A DNA stretch of 64,000 bases from a virus: positions 14,963-78,962 of IMG/VR virus record IMGVR_UViG_3300023178_000030; one strand, written 5' to 3'. Of the stretch, positions 57,263 to 64,000 are shown piece after piece. The translations under genes and the position numbers were made by a program. Each line of letters starts with the position of its first letter. Position 1 is the stretch's first letter. The notes under the pieces are model-generated. The model was not told where the DNA came from. It did not search any database and was given only the letters and a program-made list of their open reading frames with translations.

Positions 57263-57453
57263 GTTTATTTTCAGATATTGACGGTGTTATCAAAACAAGT
57301 TCAGACATAAATGAGTTGCAAAACAGACTTATGGAAGAATTTGCATTATCACCACATGATGATTTGTTTAATCAAGCGAGTAAAATATTTCTAGATTTAC
57401 TTGACAAAGAACAAAAAAGTGTGTATAATTCTTGTGTTAGGAGTGATAAATGA
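57259..57453 (+). CDS. Hypothetical protein
   Basis: RBS GAGGAG; contains promoter TTGACA-17-TATAAT at 57401-57429. Confidence 0.6.
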   Translation: MSLFSDIDGVIKTSSDINELQNRLMEEFALSPHDDLFNQASKIFLDLLDKEQKSVYNSCVRSDK

Positions 57454-57635
57454 AATATAAAGTATATGATGATAACAAAGAGTGGGTAGAGTTTGATGAT
57501 GCCCAGAAAGCTGTGATGTATGCAAAAGACAACTTACTTGATGGTGAGTTCGTATATCACAGAAACAAGGGAGAAGACTGGCATACAGTTTTCGTAGAGA
57601 ATTTAGTATATATCAAGAGAGGAATAGTACAATGA
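57450..57635 (+). CDS. Hypothetical protein
   Basis: RBS AGGAG; ATGA coupling. Confidence 0.6.
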   Translation: MKYKVYDDNKEWVEFDDAQKAVMYAKDNLLDGEFVYHRNKGEDWHTVFVENLVYIKRGIVQ

Positions 57636-57913
57636 GTAAAGTAAATGAATCATTAGGAAAGTTAGTTCGACCATATGAACAAATGGAGAGTATGCAGAAC
57701 AAGTTATTAGAACAACAGAAACTCAATAAATGGAGAGTAGAGAATATGGAGAAGATGATATTAGAACAACAGAAACAGATGTTAGATAAGATTGATCGTA
57801 TGTATGACGATCTAGACACTATGAAACAAAACTTGCAGTTCGACAAACTATCAGACATGATAGATCAATTGCAACAGGACATGGACTTATTGAAACAGGA
57901 GATGAATGTATGA
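57632..57913 (+). CDS. Coiled-coil protein rich in M/Q
   Basis: RBS GAGG; ATGA coupling. Confidence 0.6.
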   Translation: MSKVNESLGKLVRPYEQMESMQNKLLEQQKLNKWRVENMEKMILEQQKQMLDKIDRMYDDLDTMKQNLQFDKLSDMIDQLQQDMDLLKQEMNV

Positions 57914-58230
57914 GAACACACACTATGGTTACATTTGATACAGACGGCTATGCGAGAGAGAAACTGCCAGAGTACGAGAAAGACTATCGACAACAACAGA
58001 TTCTAGTACAGTTCGCAGAGATATTAGATTCTGAAGATAATCCGATAGAATTGTCTGAAGTAAAGACAGACGACAATAAGACATTTAGTTTATCAGTCGT
58101 TCAAGTTAAACAATTGTATAATAAGATTATGCAACTGAAGCCCCACGCACGACAAGAGATATGTCGTAGAATACAGTATTCATCAGGGTTTTCAGAGATG
58201 ATGCAACTGTTACTTGACGGTGAGATATAG
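57910..58230 (+). CDS. Hypothetical protein
   Basis: RBS AGGAG; ATGA coupling. Confidence 0.65.
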   Translation: MRTHTMVTFDTDGYAREKLPEYEKDYRQQQILVQFAEILDSEDNPIELSEVKTDDNKTFSLSVVQVKQLYNKIMQLKPHARQEICRRIQYSSGFSEMMQLLLDGEI

Positions 58231-58320
58231 ATCGCAGGGTGGGCTGCCGATGGGTTAGGTGGCCCTCCTGCTCTATACTGGACAACCTGAGGTAATCTAT
58301 AAATGCAATATAGATACTTC
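58226..58320 (+). ncRNA. GC-rich candidate structured RNA (two hairpins, possible pseudoknot)
   Basis: TATAGA-GCAGG-GGGCTGCC pairs with GGTGGCCC-CCTGC-TCTATA; second stem ATCTATA/TATAGAT. Confidence 0.55.
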
Positions 58321-58368
58321 TATTTCTAACACAACTATAACACAACTACAAAGAAAGGAAACACTACT

Positions 58369-58518
58369 ATGAAAAAATATATGCAATCTTTTGGACTTGG
58401 ACTTTTATGTGCAACATTCGTATTATCAATCGTTGCATCATTCACAGGTAATATGTTAAACGCAATATTCTTTTTATGTCTTGCAATATTCATTCTATGT
58501 GTAATGCATATAAAGTAA
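58369..58518 (+). CDS. 49-aa 2-TM membrane protein, not in ORF track
   Basis: RBS AAGGA; MKKYMQSFGLGLLCATFVLSIVASFTGNMLNAIFFLCLAIFILCVMHIK. Confidence 0.6.
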   Translation: MKKYMQSFGLGLLCATFVLSIVASFTGNMLNAIFFLCLAIFILCVMHIK

Positions 58519-58560
58519 CCCCCTGTCAAAACTGGAGACTTTTCTTTATGAGTATCAAGA

Positions 58561-58589
58561 TTGACAAAAACGAAAACTTACTGTATAAT
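58561..58589 (+). promoter_or_regulatory. sigma70 promoter of methyltransferase
   Basis: TTGACA-17-TATAAT. Confidence 0.8.
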
Positions 58590-58599
58590 AACTAACACT

Positions 58600-59721
58600 A
58601 TGACAAAATATAATTCGTATACACTCAAAGATGTAATTACTGCATCTAATCAAAACAAGTTTACTGTTATCTCTACATTTGCAGGTGGCGGTGGTTCTTC
58701 TACTGGCTATAAACTGTCTGGTGGTAATATTCTGTGTGTCAATGAGTTTGTTGAAAGTGCAAGAGAAACTTATGCAAGTAACTATCCTGATACTCCTATA
58801 CTACCAAATGACATTCGTGAATTAACTGGTAAACATTTTCTTGACACGACTAATTTACAAGTTGGTGAATTAGACATTCTAGATGGAAGTCCACCCTGTA
58901 GTGCGTTCTCAATTGCAGGTACTATTTCTAAAGGTTGGAATAAAGAAAAGAAGTACTCTGATGATAAGAAACAGACAAACATTGAAGATTTATTCTTTGA
59001 GTTTATTCGAGTTGCAAATGACATACAACCCAAAGTCATCATAGGTGAGAATGTCAAAGGCATTACGATTGGTGAAAGTAGAAAATACTTTAACAAAATT
59101 ATTAATGCATTTGAGAACATTGGTTACTGTGCAGTTGGTAAAGTATTAAACGCAGCTGATTTCGGAGTTCCTCAAGCGAGAGAACGCTGTTTCTTTGTTG
59201 CGATTCGTAATGATGTTTTAAGTAAGACTGATTTGAATTTTATGACAATCGAATCAATCTATCCCAATGCAACTGTTACGAAACGAGTATCATTAAAAGA
59301 CGCAATACATGATATCGAAAATGATGCGAGTGAAGAACAAGAATTGTATGATGCGATTGAAAATGGATTTCTGAAGAAATGGGTTCCTCTACTACCCAAG
59401 AATCCAAAGAAAGTTGTGAAGGGTTCTGATTATCATCCCAATAAAAGCCTTTTTAATTTAATTCGACCGTGTCCCGATTTACCATCTCCGACTATCACAC
59501 AACAAGGTCAACAGAAAGGTCTCTCTGGTGTGATTCATTATGAATTAGATCGAAAGTTAACAATCAAAGAATTGATGCGAGTTCAAGGTTTGCCAGATGA
59601 TTTTCGTCTGCAAGGTACATTTAATCAACGAGCTGAACGCATTGGTCGTATGGTTGCACCTCATTGTTTATCTGCATTATCTCAATCTATCTATGAAAAA
59701 GTCTTATCTGTAAGTGGTTGA
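58600..59721 (+). CDS. DNA (cytosine-5)-methyltransferase
   Basis: FAGGGG, GSPPC, ENV, PQARER motifs. Confidence 0.93.
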   Translation: MTKYNSYTLKDVITASNQNKFTVISTFAGGGGSSTGYKLSGGNILCVNEFVESARETYASNYPDTPILPNDIRELTGKHFLDTTNLQVGELDILDGSPPCSAFSIAGTISKGWNKEKKYSDDKKQTNIEDLFFEFIRVANDIQPKVIIGENVKGITIGESRKYFNKIINAFENIGYCAVGKVLNAADFGVPQARERCFFVAIRNDVLSKTDLNFMTIESIYPNATVTKRVSLKDAIHDIENDASEEQELYDAIENGFLKKWVPLLPKNPKKVVKGSDYHPNKSLFNLIRPCPDLPSPTITQQGQQKGLSGVIHYELDRKLTIKELMRVQGLPDDFRLQGTFNQRAERIGRMVAPHCLSALSQSIYEKVLSVSG

Positions 59722-59754
59722 TTTTAAACAATATTTAATTTACTAGTAATTATG

Positions 59755-59863
59755 TAAGTCCTTGATTTTAAAGAAATCTTTTTTGGTTCAAAGTCTTGCT
59801 TTTTTTCGTAGTTTTGTTATACTAGCTATAATGATTAACAAAACACACGGAGACAACAAAATG
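59755..59863 (+). promoter_or_regulatory. IHF-site-linked promoter, copy 5, with repeated leader
   Basis: TAAGTCCTTGATT at 59755, TTGCTT at 59796, TATACT at 59818; extra site TAAGTGGTTGATT at 59711. Confidence 0.8.
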
Positions 59864-60058
59864 AAATTAGAAGTTAAATATATCAAAATTGAAGGTCAAG
59901 ATAAACCAGTTAAACTTACAGTTGGTGGATATAGAGAACCTAAAAAGTCAGAAAAGACTTTTACTCTTTTTAAGTATAGTGCTTACAATCAAGGTCGTAG
60001 ACAACATATGAACAGAGGCACATCTACTTTACCATCAAGAGGACAATTTTTTAAGTAA
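59861..60058 (+). CDS. Basic early hypothetical protein
   Basis: RBS GGAG. Confidence 0.65.
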   Translation: MKLEVKYIKIEGQDKPVKLTVGGYREPKKSEKTFTLFKYSAYNQGRRQHMNRGTSTLPSRGQFFK

Positions 60059-60090
60059 TTTTATTAACCATTTTTGAGAGAGGAAACATT

Positions 60091-60321
60091 ATGATTAAAA
60101 CTGATTTAACCCCATTTGTATCACCAGAGAACGAACGATCTGTTTGGAAGAATGTTCCAATGCAGTATCTAGATTTCGTTAAAGAGTGTTGTGCAAAGGC
60201 TTCAACAATTACTGGTGTTAAGTATCGTTTTAGATTCAGAGGCCCAAGACATGACGCAATGAAACTTTATTGTTTAAAGAATGATGCAAAAACATTTGCA
60301 GTCTATCCGTTACCAAGATGA
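60091..60321 (+). CDS. Hypothetical protein
   Basis: P.QY...R.RFRGPR...A..FAVY pattern. Confidence 0.7.
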   Translation: MIKTDLTPFVSPENERSVWKNVPMQYLDFVKECCAKASTITGVKYRFRFRGPRHDAMKLYCLKNDAKTFAVYPLPR

Positions 60322-60388
60322 TAGTTCTAGACATTCTTTATACAGTTAGTTTTTTTGTTTTAATTTACATTATTATTAGAGGGAAATT

Positions 60389-60784
60389 ATGAAATCATTA
60401 AGTAAAACATTACATGACGAGAGAATGGGTAACTTACAACCTAGTTGGAGTCAGCCGCATTTCGTTTCTAAATTTGAGTTCGTTGACGAGTTTCTACATC
60501 ACTTTGGTGCAAATGGGGTTTGTTTTCCAATGCATGGTGTTCACGATTCTGTTGTATTGAGAGCGATTGAGATTATGCAAAAACAATGGAACATTAGTAC
60601 CGATTCACAGTTCGACATCAATACACAAATCAAACATATCAGAGATATTATCGTAGAGATGGATAACGGTATCTATCGTGAGAAAGAGATACCTGACTAT
60701 GACAGTAGATCATATGATACTTGTCCAGTTGTTGGTTGTGGTGCAAGATTACCACACAACTATTCTAGGACGATAAGTAATTAG
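60389..60784 (+). CDS. Hypothetical protein (distant paralog family A)
   Basis: FVD.....FG.NG...IRDII. Confidence 0.6.
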   Translation: MKSLSKTLHDERMGNLQPSWSQPHFVSKFEFVDEFLHHFGANGVCFPMHGVHDSVVLRAIEIMQKQWNISTDSQFDINTQIKHIRDIIVEMDNGIYREKEIPDYDSRSYDTCPVVGCGARLPHNYSRTISN

Positions 60785-60785
60785 T

Positions 60786-61019
60786 ATGTTTGATTACCAT
60801 GAACAAAAAGTGATAGAAGAATTGAAATCTCAATTAGATTTACTTGAGAAACAGTTCGACTATCACAAGAGAAGAATGACAGAGTTGGAAACTTCCATTC
60901 TGTCTATCGAAGATTCGTTATCAAAACAAATTGAAACCATTTCTAATTTGTGTTTGTCTACCAATATATTAGTTGAGAAAATGAATCAATTAACTAGAGG
61001 AGATAGATTTGATGATTGA
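60786..61019 (+). CDS. Coiled-coil hypothetical protein
   Basis: 77 aa. Confidence 0.55.
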   Translation: MFDYHEQKVIEELKSQLDLLEKQFDYHKRRMTELETSILSIEDSLSKQIETISNLCLSTNILVEKMNQLTRGDRFDD

Positions 61020-61112
61020 TTTTTTAAAGAATCATAAAACACTTTTAAAACCCATTTTACTATCTGTGATACTTCATGTAGTTTTTTTCTATGTGTGTAT
61101 CTATCCGTTATT

Positions 61113-61358
61113 ATGAAAAAATTATTTTTATTAATTCTATTATTATTTGCGAGTGATGTCACTAGTGACATTGACTGGTCTGAATACGATTTACCTGATT
61201 TAGGTAAAGATAAGATGTGGTGTATGTTTACAAGTTATGTACCCATCAATGAACAAGAACAAATCTATATGTGTTCGTACGAGTGTGAGAATGGTATGAT
61301 CTTGAACACGCCTGGTAAAGGTGGTTGTCCAAGAGATGTGAAAGAGAGAAGATGGTAG
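61113..61358 (+). CDS. Exported Cys-rich small protein
   Basis: Signal peptide; four Cys. Confidence 0.55.
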   Translation: MKKLFLLILLLFASDVTSDIDWSEYDLPDLGKDKMWCMFTSYVPINEQEQIYMCSYECENGMILNTPGKGGCPRDVKERRW

Positions 61359-61939
61359 AGAAAAAAGTTGGTGTATTAATTTCTGGTACTGGAAGTAATT
61401 TAAAAGCTTTAGTTGATGCGTTAGTTCCAATTGCGTGGGTAGGAAGTAATAACCCTGATGCAAAGGGATTAGATTTTGCACACAAGAAAAATATTCATAC
61501 ATTTGTTGAACCCAAGATTAAAGAGTTAGAAAGATTACTTGACGAAACATTTATGCAAGAGGTTGAGTTTTTGGTTCTTGCAGGTTTCATGCGAGTGTTA
61601 TCAAAAGAGTTTGTAAAGAAGTATCCCAAAAGAATTATTAACATACACCCAAGTTTACTACCTGCGTTTAAAGGTACAGATGCAATTCGTAGAGCTTACG
61701 ATTATGGTTGTAAAGTAATGGGAGTTACCATTCATTATGTGAATGAGAAAGTTGACGAAGGTCAGATCATTGCACAAGAACCTTTGTGGATTATTAACAC
61801 GATAGGTAATCACAATGCACATCATACGAATCAAGTACGATATACTTACAAAGAAGTTGAAGAACAAGTTCATGCACTAGAACATAGTATGTATCATAAA
61901 GTCGTGCGAGATATGTTAGGTATTGGTGGTTGGGGCTAG
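61352..61939 (+). CDS. purN: Phosphoribosylglycinamide formyltransferase
   Basis: VLISGTGSNL, LAGFMRVL, INIHPSLLP, G.TIHYV...D.G.II, EH. Confidence 0.93.
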   Translation: MVEKKVGVLISGTGSNLKALVDALVPIAWVGSNNPDAKGLDFAHKKNIHTFVEPKIKELERLLDETFMQEVEFLVLAGFMRVLSKEFVKKYPKRIINIHPSLLPAFKGTDAIRRAYDYGCKVMGVTIHYVNEKVDEGQIIAQEPLWIINTIGNHNAHHTNQVRYTYKEVEEQVHALEHSMYHKVVRDMLGIGGWG

Positions 61940-62103
61940 AAGATATGTTTAGAGTTTATTTTTTTGAAACGGATTGTTTTCATGATGTTACTTTCAAGAC
62001 ACTAGAAGATGCAAGAGAGTGTGTAAAGAAAACAGGATATCATGCAAACATTTTTGAAGGTGATAATTATATTGAAACCATTAAAGGAAAGAAAGGATAG
62101 AAC

Positions 62104-62352
62104 ATGACTGTTAAAAAATTTGAATGGCCTAGAATACACAAGTACGAAGAATTACTTGAGAACCATATGGGTGAACAACTCAATTATGTGATTCAAGAGT
62201 TCTACGGTGTAGAAGATACTGATGACTTGAATGAAGATCAGAGAAAAGAATTACTAGATTATTACCATAATGATTTGCTAGTAAACAACGAGTATTCAAT
62301 GTACAAGATTGCATTTGAAAATTTATTTAACTATTGGGAAATGGAATATTAG
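62104..62352 (+). CDS. Acidic hypothetical protein
   Basis: RBS AAGGA; FEWPRIH. Confidence 0.6.
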   Translation: MTVKKFEWPRIHKYEELLENHMGEQLNYVIQEFYGVEDTDDLNEDQRKELLDYYHNDLLVNNEYSMYKIAFENLFNYWEMEY

Positions 62353-62939
62353 TGCATAAAGTATTTGGAGTACCTATAAAGGTTATAGATAATTGTCCAG
62401 AGAATGTTCTTAAAGAAGCTAAAACTGTTGCAGAAACTGAAAGACATAAATCAAAATTGACTTGGTATGGTAATATGACATCTACTTTTAAAGATGAGGG
62501 GTGTGATGTTTTAAATATTTGTCCATTGTTATCAAAATATATTTGTAAAAATGTAAATGAATATCTTATCAAAGATTTGCATATTCGACCTGATAATTGT
62601 TTTGATATAAAGTTTAATTCATCTTGGATTAATTATTCAACTAAACATATGCTTCAAGAATATCATATGCACTCTGATATAGATATTTCAGGAGTGTTTT
62701 ATGTAAACGCAGTACCAAATTCTGGTAAAATTTTTTTTAGAAATCCATCACCTAATGTTTTATATCACAAATTGACATTTCTTACAGATAAAATTGATAG
62801 TGAAGTATCGTATCCACCAGTAGTTGGAAGAATGATATTGTGGCCTGGATATCTAGACCACATGGTAACAAGAAACATGAGTGCTGGTGAAAGAATTAGT
62901 TTTACTTTTAATATTAAATTACAGGAGAATATATTATGA
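62334..62939 (+). CDS. 2OG-Fe(II) oxygenase (TIGR02466-like)
   Basis: SWIN, QEYHMH, SGVFY, WP.YL.H.V, RISFTFN. Confidence 0.82.
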   Translation: MGNGILVHKVFGVPIKVIDNCPENVLKEAKTVAETERHKSKLTWYGNMTSTFKDEGCDVLNICPLLSKYICKNVNEYLIKDLHIRPDNCFDIKFNSSWINYSTKHMLQEYHMHSDIDISGVFYVNAVPNSGKIFFRNPSPNVLYHKLTFLTDKIDSEVSYPPVVGRMILWPGYLDHMVTRNMSAGERISFTFNIKLQENIL

Positions 62940-63157
62940 AAGAGATAAGTGAATATTATTATGATGATGATTCAGGTAGAGTTGCAGTTATCGTAAAAGA
63001 AGAAACTGGTTACTTAAGAAATAAAGGTTTTCATGTTGAGATTCGAGATAAAGATAATGTAGTTCTTTCTAGTGTAGATGTATCAGAACACTCATTACGA
63101 TATGCAGAAGATTGTGCAGAGAATTATGCAACTGGTATTGTAGATTATGCAAAGTAA
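62936..63157 (+). CDS. Conserved hypothetical protein
   Basis: HSLRYAEDCAENY. Confidence 0.65.
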   Translation: MKEISEYYYDDDSGRVAVIVKEETGYLRNKGFHVEIRDKDNVVLSSVDVSEHSLRYAEDCAENYATGIVDYAK

Positions 63158-63794
63158 AAGACATCACTTCGGCCCATTATTATTAGAGTATAAAATCGAA
63201 AAAGATTTATTGACAACCCTTATTTATATTGGGAAACAAATGAAACAAAATGCAAATGAAGATTTGGCTGGTCATTTACAAAATCAATTTCATTATTCAC
63301 CTAAATTTAGGGAATGGATTGATGGACAACTTCAACCAATATTTCAAGACTATAAAAATAAATATGCTAGTAATTTGTTTGAACATTTTGCAGAAGATAA
63401 AAATTTTCCATATCACGACTTAAAAAAACAAATTCCATCTTGGGAAATGTTACAAACCAGTTGTTGGATAAATTTTATGAAGTCTGGTGATTACAATCCT
63501 CCACACCTTCACGGCCCCTGTCAGTTTTCATATATTATATTTGCAGAAGTTCCTGAAGAAATATTTAAAGAGAATAAAGAATATGTGGGTACATCTGACG
63601 GGCCTGGTGTAATAGAGTTTTCATTTGGTACTAATTATCCTGATGAGTTTTGTCACCGTAAAAGTTTTTTACCAAAGTCAGGTACAATGTTTATTTTTCC
63701 ATCTACTTTGATACACACAGTTATGCCATTTAAATCTGATGTTACTAGAATAACAATTGCAGGTAATTTTACATATGCACCCCAAAAAAGATAA
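63147..63794 (+). CDS. 2OG-Fe(II) oxygenase-like protein
   Basis: WINF...YNPPHLH, FPS.L.H.V.PF, RITIAGN. Confidence 0.82.
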   Translation: MQSKRHHFGPLLLEYKIEKDLLTTLIYIGKQMKQNANEDLAGHLQNQFHYSPKFREWIDGQLQPIFQDYKNKYASNLFEHFAEDKNFPYHDLKKQIPSWEMLQTSCWINFMKSGDYNPPHLHGPCQFSYIIFAEVPEEIFKENKEYVGTSDGPGVIEFSFGTNYPDEFCHRKSFLPKSGTMFIFPSTLIHTVMPFKSDVTRITIAGNFTYAPQKR

Positions 63795-63935
63795 ATAACT
63801 ATTATGAAAAAAAGACTTAAATATAAAAAGATTGATGGTATAATTTCTTTCTATTTTCTATTCAATGTCTTACTAATGATAGGCTTTTTCTTCGCATTAC
63901 CGTATATAATTCTTGCATACATATTGTCTATCTTG

Positions 63936-64000
63936 TAAGTCCTTGATTTTAAAAGAATCTTTTTTGGTATTTTGTATTGACAACAAGTCATATTTGTCAT
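63936..64000 (+). promoter_or_regulatory. IHF-site-linked promoter, copy 6 (truncated by window end)
   Basis: TAAGTCCTTGATT at 63936, TTGACA at 63977; near-identical to the 24059 copy. Confidence 0.8.

Noticed and set aside
24059-64000. Dispersed TAAGTCCTTGATTTTAAA repeats as a CRISPR array or IS ends
   Set aside because: Copies are kilobases apart, with no spacers or transposase; the fixed offset to -35 boxes explains them as promoter elements
1-64000. tRNAs, introns or inteins, and stop-codon reassignment
   Set aside because: No cloverleaf recognised; nrdA, gp43, thyX and gp41 are uninterrupted and of normal length; TAA, TAG and TGA all end genes normally

Overview
AT-rich 64-kb segment of a large T4-like myovirus of the aquatic, cyanophage/pelagiphage-like type. 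A betaproteobacterial host is inferred from a PqqA peptide, a c551/c552-type cytochrome and a DUF3563-like ORF. Order along the window: 3' end of the gp41 helicase; a late cluster of probable internal-head and virion proteins (1.2-14.3 kb); primase, nrdA, grx-nrdB, bS21, RNase H, peroxiredoxin, endolysin, phoH, gp33, gp59, thyX and gp32; a tail/baseplate module (32.4-40.5 kb); then a >23-kb accessory region holding gp43 polymerase, a C5 methyltransferase, purN, many 2OG-Fe(II) oxygenases, a beta-barrel outer-membrane protein, cytochrome c and ErpA/IscA. Best observations not visible in the ORF track: (1) an unannotated 23-aa pqqA gene (44273-44344, minus strand) near cytochrome c, Fe-S carrier and porin genes, suggesting a phage module that supports host PQQ-dehydrogenase respiration; (2) a U-UUU-UUU -1 frameshift that would fuse gp26 to gp51 upstream of the tape-measure-like gene; (3) six promoters with an IHF-type site starting exactly 41 bp before the -35 box; (4) a candidate replication origin at about 56.35-56.6 kb; (5) several candidate structured RNAs. 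All family assignments come from motif recognition by eye; no searches were run.
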